Shown: positions 1-6,597, counted from the first letter of the stretch. The stretch is DNA of 40,410 nucleotides from Bacilli bacterium (GCA_035399485.1 DAOPJC010000002.1:1-40410), one strand, 5' to 3'. Notes: a model not told the origin generated them from the letters alone. Made by a program: numbers and translations.

Positions 1-484
1 CTTTTGATGCATCATAATCTAAACTTTCCGGATATACAGTATCTATTCCATTAGTTGAAGAAATGTTAATAATTCTACTATCTTTTTCTTCTAACATATA
101 CTTAGAAGCATATTTTGAAACTAAGAAGGTTCCAATTAGGTTAATATCTAGTATTTTTTTAAAGTTTTCCAACGTTTTATCATTAAAATCACAATCAATT
201 GCGATTGCAGCATTATTTACCAAAATATTTATACTGTGGAAAACTTCTATAGTTTTTTCAATCATATCATTTACTTCTAATTCATTTGATACATCACATT
301 TTATTATTAATACTTTTACTTTATAGTTTTCTTCTAATTCACATTTTAAATCTTTAGCTTCTTTTTCACTATTTAAATAATTAATTACAATATTTGCATG
401 TAGTTTGGCAAATTCACGAGCAATTGCCGCTCCTATACCACGACTAGAACCTGTAATTAATACTGTTTTCCCTTTAAAATCCAT
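1..484 (-). CDS. short-chain dehydrogenase/reductase (FabG-like); C-terminus cut off by the window edge
   Basis: Minus-strand ORF, absent from the track, starts at ATG 484 after the RBS 'aaagggga' and stays open to position 1. Translation begins MDFKGKTVLITGSSRGIGAAIAREFA (TGxxxGIG Rossmann motif). It reaches ...NISSTNGIDTVYPESLDYDASK, so the catalytic YxxxK sits at the edge. Confidence 0.85.
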   Translation of the reverse strand, partial: MDFKGKTVLITGSSRGIGAAIAREFAKLHANIVINYLNSEKEAKDLKCELEENYKVKVLIIKCDVSNELEVNDMIEKTIEVFHSINILVNNAAIAIDCDFNDKTLENFKKILDINLIGTFLVSKYASKYMLEEKDSRIINISSTNGIDTVYPESLDYDASK

Positions 485-516
485 AATATTCCCCTTTTCG
501 CATTAAAATCATACAT

Positions 517-544
517 ATTATATCACAAAATAAAAAAGGTTTAA
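517..544 (-). promoter_or_regulatory. sigma-A-type promoter for the SDR gene
   Basis: On the minus strand: TTAAAC (539-544), 16-nt spacer, extended -10 TGaTATAAT (517-525). It lies about 30 nt upstream of ATG 484. Confidence 0.5.
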
Positions 545-546
545 CA

Positions 547-951
547 CTAAATAGCATTAACCTCTAATTTACTTCGACAATCACTACATATTCCTTCAAA
601 TATCATATTATGAAATACTAAAGTATATCCAACATCTTCATATACTCTTTTCTTTATTTCATCAACAGGGCAATAGTTAATAGCGACTTTCTTATTACAT
701 TTTATGCAACTAATATAATGAATATGTTCTTCGTTAACAGTATAGTATACTTTCCCATTACCATCTACATTAGTCATAAATAAATTTTTTTCTACAAATA
801 ATTCTACTATTCTATATATTGTAGAATTATCTATATTAGTACTATTACTAATAATCTCTTTTATCGTTGAAGGATTACATTTTACTATATTATATATTTC
901 CTTACGTTGACTAGTTAATTTAATGTTGTTCTCTTTAAATAGTTCTTCCAT
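547..951 (-). CDS. Fur-family metal-responsive transcriptional regulator (Zur/PerR/Fur type not resolvable)
   Basis: 134 aa with an N-terminal winged-helix region (LTSQRKEIYNIV...). Has an HIHYISCIKC (His-rich plus CxxC) motif and a C-terminal CSDC motif typical of the Fur structural Zn site. Its start overlaps the stop of the upstream permease by 1 nt (TAATG). Confidence 0.8.
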   Translation of the reverse strand: MEELFKENNIKLTSQRKEIYNIVKCNPSTIKEIISNSTNIDNSTIYRIVELFVEKNLFMTNVDGNGKVYYTVNEEHIHYISCIKCNKKVAINYCPVDEIKKRVYEDVGYTLVFHNMIFEGICSDCRSKLEVNAI

Positions 952-1796
952 TATATGATCATTCCTATTAATTCAATTATAATTCCACTAATCACACCAA
1001 GACCATAAATAATAAATAATATATATATATTTTCTTTCATATTTTTATTTTCTTTAAATAAAATTAATAATCCTACACCTGCTCCAGTTAATAAACCCGC
1101 TATCATAGAACCAAAACTAATTGCTTTTGTTAAATATAATTCAGTAATAACGACACTTGCAGCGCAGTTTGGTATTAATCCAATTAAACTTGAAATAAAT
1201 GGTCCAAAAATACTTTCTTTTAAGAATATTTTACCAATATTTTCTTCACCAATAAAATATATTAATGTATTTAATACGAAAGATGCGATTAATATAAAGA
1301 ATATTATTGATAATGTATGAATAATACTTGATTTAATTATACCGTGACTACAATCACAGTGATCATGTTCACACATATCATGAATATGTTCTTTAGATTT
1401 TTCCTTTTTTCTTAATATAAAATCTATTATAAATCCACATATCATTCCTATTACAATTTTCAAACCTATAATTGATAATATTAATCCAAATGAAACTTTT
1501 TCTGATAATAGTATTGGTAGCATTTCATCTGATGTAGATAAATATATACTAATTAAAGTACCTACTGATATTACTCTAGCAGCATATAGATTTGTAGCAG
1601 CTGCAGAAAATCCACATTGTGGAAATGCTCCTAGTACTGAGCCAAAAAATGGTCCAAACTTTCCTGATTTTTCTACTACTTTCTTATTTTTATTACTCAT
1701 TTTATGTTCAATAAACTCTAATAGTAAGAATGTTATAAATAAAAATGGTAATAATTTTACTGAATCTATCAATGTATCCATTAAAACATCTTTCAT
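951..1796 (-). CDS. polytopic membrane permease with a His/Cys-rich loop; putative heavy-metal transporter (ArsP_2-like 10-TM family)
   Basis: 281 aa with about 8-10 hydrophobic segments. A central cytoplasmic loop reads KEHIHDMCEHDHCDCSHG. Translationally coupled to the Fur-family gene. Confidence 0.6.
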   Translation of the reverse strand: MKDVLMDTLIDSVKLLPFLFITFLLLEFIEHKMSNKNKKVVEKSGKFGPFFGSVLGAFPQCGFSAAATNLYAARVISVGTLISIYLSTSDEMLPILLSEKVSFGLILSIIGLKIVIGMICGFIIDFILRKKEKSKEHIHDMCEHDHCDCSHGIIKSSIIHTLSIIFFILIASFVLNTLIYFIGEENIGKIFLKESIFGPFISSLIGLIPNCAASVVITELYLTKAISFGSMIAGLLTGAGVGLLILFKENKNMKENIYILFIIYGLGVISGIIIELIGMII

Positions 1797-1810
1797 ACTT
1801 ATTTCCTCCT

Positions 1811-1862
1811 AAATGCAAAAAAGTTGCAACTAAACAATATCATTATCTATTTAAAAATGCAA
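1811..1862 (-). promoter_or_regulatory. candidate promoter and operator of the permease/Fur operon
   Basis: Minus strand: TTGCAT (1857-1862), 17 nt, TATTGT (1834-1839). A Fur-box-like hexamer array aGATAATGATATTGT (1834-1848) overlaps the spacer and -10. Downstream is an inverted repeat TGCAA-N5-TTGCA plus the palindrome GTTGCAAC (1814-1830), between the -10 and the RBS. Confidence 0.35.
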
Positions 1863-1926
1863 TACTTTATTACAATTAAACATATTTTTTTAATTATTGT
1901 TAATATAATATCAAAAAGGAGGTAAT

Positions 1927-2364
1927 ATGGAAAAAGTAAAATTTGTCACAACATCTATATTTTTAGGAATTATATGTTTTTTTAATAGTTTATCTATACC
2001 TCTCCTTCTTTTAATAATTACCAATATTATTGATATTATTACTGGTCTTTTAAAATCCTTACACATAAATGAAAATATTACTTTTAAAAAATTAATTTGG
2101 GGATTAATAAAAAAATTTAGTATGTATTTATTAATTATTATTGGTTATATAATAGATATAATAATTATTTATACTGTGGAAAACTTTAATATTGCAATCA
2201 CTAATCAAAATATATTTGAAAGTTTAATTACAATATGGTTAATACTAGATGAATTATTAAGTATTTTAAAAAATTTTATGATTCTAGAAGTACCAATGCC
2301 TAATTTTCTTATTAAAATTGTTAAAAAATTAAAAAACAAAATAGATGATACTGAAAATGTATAA
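1927..2364 (+). CDS. holin, TcdE-like (phage_holin_4_1 family)
   Basis: 145 aa with 3-4 TM segments. The C-terminal motif ILDELLSILKNFMILEVPMPNFL parallels TcdE ILYESVSILKNMCLCGLPVPKRL. Strong RBS aaaggagg precedes it. No endolysin gene is adjacent. Confidence 0.8.
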   Translation: MEKVKFVTTSIFLGIICFFNSLSIPLLLLIITNIIDIITGLLKSLHINENITFKKLIWGLIKKFSMYLLIIIGYIIDIIIIYTVENFNIAITNQNIFESLITIWLILDELLSILKNFMILEVPMPNFLIKIVKKLKNKIDDTENV

Positions 2365-2370
2365 TTTTCT

Positions 2371-2399
2371 TTGACAAAAATATCTTATCGGAATATAAT
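2371..2399 (+). promoter_or_regulatory. perfect consensus sigma-A promoter in front of the HExxH gene
   Basis: TTGACA (2371-2376), exactly 17 nt, TATAAT (2394-2399). It sits about 24 nt upstream of the RBS 'tggagg' and ATG 2423. Confidence 0.7.
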
Positions 2400-2422
2400 A
2401 AAATCTTATATGGAGGCTAACT

Positions 2423-3232
2423 ATGAAAGATTCAACAACAATTATAAAAGATTTATTAAAAGGAAATTATTACATAAATTCTGAGGATATTAAAAATGTC
2501 ATTAATGCAATTTCAAATGAAGAAGATTTTAATAAATATATAGATAATATATCTATCGGTGAAAGAAAAAGAAAATACCAAGGTTCTTATGATCCTAATA
2601 AAAAAGAATTATCAATTCAACCAATTTATATAAATTATACTTGGGCACAAACATTAAGAAACTATAATTCTGTTAATGATAATGATAAGCTTGCTAAATA
2701 TAATAACTTGTTTTATTTAATTATTATATTACATGAATTAGAGCATGTTAAACAAGTTAAATACTCTGTTGAAAATAATGATAATAGAGCAATTAATAAA
2801 TTAGTAAATGAAGGTATAGAATTAGGTAGAAGAAGTCCAGATAAATTATCTGTAGGAGAAAAAATATTATATAACTTTACACCATTTACTGTATTAACTG
2901 AACGTGATGCAGAAATTAAATCAATATATAATATTGTTTTTAATGATGAGATTGCCGAACTTTTAACAAAAGAAGAATACTATTGTTTAGTTTGTAGATT
3001 GCATAAACTACTAATAAGAAACTATGAAATGCATGGCGAGAATGTAATAAGTCCTTCAAAAAGATATTATCAATTAAGAGGAAAATCTAAAGAATATAAA
3101 GACATCGAATTTGAAGATGATTATGATCATCTTACTAAACTTTCTTGGGGTATGCCTGTAGATTATAGATTCATTGAATATTTTACTAATGAAGCTAAAG
3201 TAAAAGATGTAAAAAGATTAATAAAAAAATAA
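2423..3232 (+). CDS. hypothetical protein with an HExxH zinc-metalloprotease motif; no signal peptide
   Basis: 269 aa. Contains LIIILHELEHVKQV (HExxH), followed about 27 aa later by NEGIE, a possible gluzincin third ligand. The hydrophilic N-terminus has no TM segment or signal sequence. I do not recognise the family. Confidence 0.45.
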   Translation: MKDSTTIIKDLLKGNYYINSEDIKNVINAISNEEDFNKYIDNISIGERKRKYQGSYDPNKKELSIQPIYINYTWAQTLRNYNSVNDNDKLAKYNNLFYLIIILHELEHVKQVKYSVENNDNRAINKLVNEGIELGRRSPDKLSVGEKILYNFTPFTVLTERDAEIKSIYNIVFNDEIAELLTKEEYYCLVCRLHKLLIRNYEMHGENVISPSKRYYQLRGKSKEYKDIEFEDDYDHLTKLSWGMPVDYRFIEYFTNEAKVKDVKRLIKK

Positions 3233-3256
3233 CCAATATAAATTGGTTATTTTTAT
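3231..3256 (+). terminator. rho-independent terminator of the HExxH gene
   Basis: Stem aaccaat / attggtt with loop ataa, followed by atttttattt. It overlaps the stop codon. Confidence 0.6.
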
Positions 3257-3294
3257 TTACCTTTATTTCATTAATACTATCAGATTCTTTCTAA

Positions 3295-4044
3295 TTAAAC
3301 ATTAGAAAATATTGAAACAATTATATTCCATACATTCGGAAATTCTTTTAAAATGGCAGTTCTTACTTCTTGTGAAGTATATAAATGTTTACCATCCTCT
3401 ATCATAAATTTAATTGGCCCATTAGGATTATAACCTAAGGCAATATGACCTCCTGATATACCCCCTGCCGCAATATCTCGTGCTACAGCAATTCCACCTA
3501 TGGAGTATATTCCTACAGCAACTCCTCCTATTGCAAATATTCCAAGTGCTACACCACCTATTGCAATTGTACCAATTGAAATACCACCTATTGCTAGTAA
3601 TAATGCTAATGCTAAACCACCTGTTGCAAATAAACCTAATGAAATACCACCTAAAGCAAATATTCCTAATGAAATTCCTCCTAAAGCAAATATTCCTTTA
3701 GCATAATTTCCTAAGGCAAATACTCCTTTTGCCTTTCTCAAATTTCTTAAATTATATCCAATATTAATATGAACTAATGGAAGATTTCCTATTTTTGTTT
3801 TACTTATATATTCATAATATTGCTTTTTATTATTAATACTTACATAATTATCATTTCCTATTAAATCATCAACACTTACGTTAAATAATTTAGATAATTC
3901 TTTTAATTTACCTAATTCTGGAGTAGTTTCACCAGTTTCCCATTTTGATATTGTTTGTCTTGCTACATTGACTTTATAACCTAATTCTTCTTGTGATAAA
4001 CCTTCTTGTTTTCTTAATTGTATTAATTTGTCACTAAAATTCAT
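3295..4044 (-). CDS. XRE-family HTH regulator fused to a glycine-zipper repeat (membrane?) domain
   Basis: N-terminus MNFSDKLIQLRKQEGLSQEELGYKVNVARQTISKWETGETTP is a classic HTH_3. Residues ~107-204 are 9-10 copies of G-[ILV]-[FY]-A-[LI]-G-G-[IV]-[SA]-[LV]. I chose ATG 4044 (RBS gaggagg at 4051-4057) rather than the track start 4077, which has no RBS. Confidence 0.8.
   Translation of the reverse strand: MNFSDKLIQLRKQEGLSQEELGYKVNVARQTISKWETGETTPELGKLKELSKLFNVSVDDLIGNDNYVSINNKKQYYEYISKTKIGNLPLVHINIGYNLRNLRKAKGVFALGNYAKGIFALGGISLGIFALGGISLGLFATGGLALALLLAIGGISIGTIAIGGVALGIFAIGGVAVGIYSIGGIAVARDIAAGGISGGHIALGYNPNGPIKFMIEDGKHLYTSQEVRTAILKEFPNVWNIIVSIFSNV
3433..3726 (-). repeat. in-frame tandem array of ~30-nt (10-codon) units inside the XRE gene
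   Basis: Encodes GVFALGNYAK GIFALGGISL GIFALGGISL GLFATGGLAL ... GIFAIGGVAV GIYSIGGIAV. DNA copies at 3635-3664 and 3665-3694 differ at only 2 positions (cctaatgaaat[a/t]cc[a/t]cctaaagcaaatatt). Confidence 0.85.
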
Positions 4045-4082
4045 AATATACCTCCTCTGACATAAAAATAATAACATTTAAA

Positions 4083-4131
4083 TGTCCCGGATATCTACCA
4101 TTTAAAATAGGCAATTTGTCCCGGATACCTA
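4083..4131 (-). promoter_or_regulatory. two copies of a GC-rich 15-nt direct repeat upstream of the XRE gene (candidate operator)
   Basis: TGTCCCGGATAtCTA at 4083-4097 and TGTCCCGGATAcCTA at 4117-4131, 34 nt apart. They stand out in very AT-rich DNA. The proximal copy overlaps the -35 position of a possible TGtTATTAT extended -10 promoter for the XRE gene. Confidence 0.45.
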
Positions 4132-4134
4132 ACA

Positions 4135-4314
4135 TTACTTTTTTTTCTTTAAATTTGATATCAATAAGAGTATAGCATTTATATTGACACAACATAAACC
4201 AATTATTAAAAAAATATTATTTCCATCTTGAAACATAGATATTATTATTGAAATTAAGCCAATAAAAGCTAATATTAATTCTACTATTCTTAATACATTT
4301 AAATTCTTTTTCAT
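4135..4314 (-). CDS. small hydrophobic protein (59 aa), absent from the ORF track
   Basis: Hand translation gives MKKNLNVLRIVELILAFIGLISIIISMFQDGNNIFLIIGLCCVNINAILLLISNLKKKK*. It has an RBS 'tgaggt' 7 nt upstream, two predicted TM helices and a Lys tail. It lies directly upstream of, and co-oriented with, the XRE gene. Confidence 0.5.
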   Translation of the reverse strand: MKKNLNVLRIVELILAFIGLISIIISMFQDGNNIFLIIGLCCVNINAILLLISNLKKKK

Positions 4315-4355
4315 TTAATTACCTCATTCTTTATATAAATTATTATATCATAGAA

Positions 4356-4384
4356 TTGACTTTAACATAAAAAAGATATAATAT
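4356..4384 (+). promoter_or_regulatory. candidate sigma-A promoter for the 226-aa gene
   Basis: TTGACT (4356-4361), 17 nt, TAATAT (4379-4384). RBS agaggtg follows, then ATG 4413. Confidence 0.45.
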
Positions 4385-4412
4385 ATAACACAATTATTTA
4401 AGAGGTGTAATT

Positions 4413-5093
4413 ATGATATTATATAGGGCTTTAATTGCGGAAGATTTAGAAGAATTTAGAAGAACTGGAAAAATAAATTCTACTTTGTATCGTTCTTATA
4501 AAGATTTAAAAAAGGCGAAAAATAAAAAAATGACAGAAATTAATTATCAACTTTGTTACAATGATAAAAATAAAGAAACTATGCTTAGTTTTATTTTTGG
4601 ACACGTAAGTGGTTCACTAGTAAGTAAAGCCAAAAGAAGTCCATGGATTTCTTTGACATCAAGTTTTACGGCAGCATATAAATATGCAAGTTTTGAAGGT
4701 TGTAATAAAGAAAATATGAAACGATATATCATATGCTTTTATTATGATGATGATAAGATTATTAATACTTCTGAAGATTTCAATAAAAAAGATTTTTTAA
4801 ATGGAAATTTAATTAATCTATCTAATGGTGAATTATCTGATTATAGAATAAAAGGAATTATTACACCATATGGTGAAAGTAAAGATAAAGTGCGTACAGG
4901 TAAAAATATTATGTTTGATAAATACTCTAAAACAGACAAAGAATTCTTAATAGCTTATTCACTTAAACCTGATAATTATATTTTATTAAATCCTAATGTA
5001 CAAAACAAATTATTGAATACTTATAATGATGATATTGAAAAAAAGATTAGCGATCGATTAGAAAAAAATAAAATATTAATAAAAAGAAAATAA
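4413..5093 (+). CDS. hypothetical cytoplasmic protein; possible R-S-E type ADP-ribosyltransferase-like fold
   Basis: 226 aa with no signal peptide. Three ordered motifs fit R-S-E ARTs: LYRAL (aa 3-7), WISLTSSF (about aa 78-85) and DKEFLIA (about aa 175-181). This is pattern-level evidence only. Confidence 0.3.
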   Translation: MILYRALIAEDLEEFRRTGKINSTLYRSYKDLKKAKNKKMTEINYQLCYNDKNKETMLSFIFGHVSGSLVSKAKRSPWISLTSSFTAAYKYASFEGCNKENMKRYIICFYYDDDKIINTSEDFNKKDFLNGNLINLSNGELSDYRIKGIITPYGESKDKVRTGKNIMFDKYSKTDKEFLIAYSLKPDNYILLNPNVQNKLLNTYNDDIEKKISDRLEKNKILIKRK

Positions 5094-5099
5094 AACTTA

Positions 5100-6266
5100 T
5101 TAAAGTTTTATTTTTTTGCTCAAAGTATAATATTTAAATGAATCTTTACATAAATTATCATCATCAAATGGTGATGTTTCTTGTATTTGAACTAACTTAA
5201 TTCTTGATTCATCTTCATTTTTAACATTATTTATATCTCTATCAATGCTTATATTTGGTGTTAATGTATATCTACCTATAAATTTCTTTTCACTGCTCAA
5301 TTTTTTTGATAGTTCTATTAATTCTTGTTTTGTTTTTTCTTCACAATCATTTACTATCTTATTATACCACTCTACTTTTGTTAATTTCTCTACATAGATT
5401 TTTTCAAGAAAATCTTGTCTAATATTTTGTAATACTAATTTGTGGCAAGCTTCCATACTAATATCACCGATGTAAATGTTCTCAATTTTTTTTAATCTAT
5501 CTAATTTTTCAAATGAATCATAGTTGCTGACTTGGCCATTAATATTTATTTTTTCTAAATTATAAAATCCACTAATAAAAAGAAAATCTTTATCATGTAA
5601 ATAATTGATTTTTCTTTTTATTTCACTCAATTCTGGTTCTTTTATATCTCTAGTAATATACTTTTTGTTAATTATTAATTCTTTTAAATTAGGAGCATCT
5701 GTAGTCAAAAAGAATTTTTCATAGTCAATTTCAATGTTTCTTAGTTCCATTGAAACACAATTTAAGTGTAAAAAATTAATATTTTCATTTTCTATATTAC
5801 TATCTTCTAATACTATAAAATCTCCACAAAAATTATTTAATATATCAAGACTATATATATTGGACTTTTCATCTGAAAAATTGCAATTTAATAATCCGAT
5901 ATTACAATTTTTATCAAATCTGCAATTATATGTAACTAATCTTCTCAAGGCAGTAAAACCATTTTTTATATATTTAATATCTTTTTCATCTATTTTCAGA
6001 TTTTCTAGTTCTATATTAATACTCAATGGTTTTATTAATTCTCGATTAAGATAGTAATCAAATATAGATTTTTCTCTATCATTTTTTAGTGAATATGATT
6101 CAACGCATCTTAATATATCTATTATATTTATATTTTCAATATTTGCTTCATTTAATCCGAAAATTTTAATTCCTATTGCATAACGACGTGATTTAAATAT
6201 ATGGCAAACCGCATCTTCAAAATAAAACTCTGCCTTATATCCTTTATCTTTAACATCATATTTCAT
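5100..6266 (-). CDS. hypothetical protein with irregular leucine-rich-repeat-like segments
   Basis: 388 aa with a long open frame and no TM segment. It has recurrent L/I/N-rich ~20-25 aa segments: NLKELIINKKYI, FLHLNCVSMELRNIEID, NLEKININGQ, LKKIENIYIGDISME. I do not recognise the family. Confidence 0.35.
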   Translation of the reverse strand: MKYDVKDKGYKAEFYFEDAVCHIFKSRRYAIGIKIFGLNEANIENINIIDILRCVESYSLKNDREKSIFDYYLNRELIKPLSINIELENLKIDEKDIKYIKNGFTALRRLVTYNCRFDKNCNIGLLNCNFSDEKSNIYSLDILNNFCGDFIVLEDSNIENENINFLHLNCVSMELRNIEIDYEKFFLTTDAPNLKELIINKKYITRDIKEPELSEIKRKINYLHDKDFLFISGFYNLEKININGQVSNYDSFEKLDRLKKIENIYIGDISMEACHKLVLQNIRQDFLEKIYVEKLTKVEWYNKIVNDCEEKTKQELIELSKKLSSEKKFIGRYTLTPNISIDRDINNVKNEDESRIKLVQIQETSPFDDDNLCKDSFKYYTLSKKIKL

Positions 6267-6319
6267 ATATATACTCCTTTTAATTAGGTGTTATTATATC
6301 ATCTTGTATTTTATTAGTC

Positions 6320-6345
6320 AAAAAAAACAGGAATAAATCCTGTTG
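6320..6345 (-). terminator. rho-independent terminator after the tRNA pair
   Basis: Stem aacagga / tcctgtt with loop ataaa. On the minus strand it is followed by a T7 run (the complement of a6321-6327). Confidence 0.65.
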
Positions 6346-6353
6346 TTTTTTAA

Positions 6354-6430
6354 TGGGGCGCGATGTGGGAATCGAACCCACGCATAATAGAACCACAATC
6401 TACCGTGTTAACCACTTCACCAATCACGCC
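6354..6430 (-). tRNA. tRNA-His (anticodon GTG)
   Basis: The reverse complement folds as a cloverleaf: G(-1)+GCGTGAT acceptor, anticodon stem GTAGA/TCTAT with loop TTGTGGT, T-arm GTGGG-TTCGATT-CCCAC. The 3' side reads ATCGCGC-C-CCA. The extra 5' G pairing with C73 is the His identity feature. Confidence 0.9.
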
Positions 6431-6502
6431 ATTTATGCATTACTGCTATATTTTACCAATAAATATAATTTTTTACAAGTCTTTTTGAAAAAAAATATAA
6501 AT

Positions 6503-6588
6503 TGGTACCGGTAGTCGGACTCGAACCGACACGGGCAAAACCCACTTGATTTTGAGTCAAGCATGACTACCAATTCCATCATACCGGC
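6503..6588 (-). tRNA. tRNA-Leu (anticodon CAA), class II with a long variable arm
   Basis: Reverse complement: GCCGGTA acceptor, anticodon stem CTTGA/TCAAG with loop CTCAAAA. Variable arm is GGGTTTTGCCC, T-arm is GTCGG-TTCGAGT-CCGAC, and the 3' end is TACCGGT-A-CCA. Position 1:72 would be a G:U pair. Confidence 0.85.
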
Positions 6589-6597
6589 ATATGAATA

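Noticed and set aside
63-326. Track ORF of 87 aa on the plus strand
   Set aside because: It lies entirely antisense to the well-supported SDR gene (TGxxxGIG and YxxxK motifs on the minus strand). Its low-complexity I/L/F/S translation is typical of shadow frames in AT-rich DNA.
3480-3706. Two plus-strand ORFs (73 and 68 aa), one with a striking PPIA/PPKA repeat
   Set aside because: They are the antisense reading of the glycine-zipper repeat array. The periodicity is inherited from the minus-strand gene, which has the RBS and an HTH domain.
3433-3726. Regular ~30-nt periodic repeats that might be a CRISPR array
   Set aside because: There are no unique spacers between the repeats. The array is in-frame coding sequence within the XRE gene, and there are no cas genes in the window.
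5734-6054. Plus-strand 106-aa ORF
   Set aside because: It is antisense to the 388-aa ORF, has no RBS and has a low-complexity composition.
1927-6353. Calling the accessory islet a prophage or integrative element
   Set aside because: No integrase, recombinase, capsid, tail or endolysin gene was found, and no tRNA-derived direct repeat. Only the holin has a phage-related family name.
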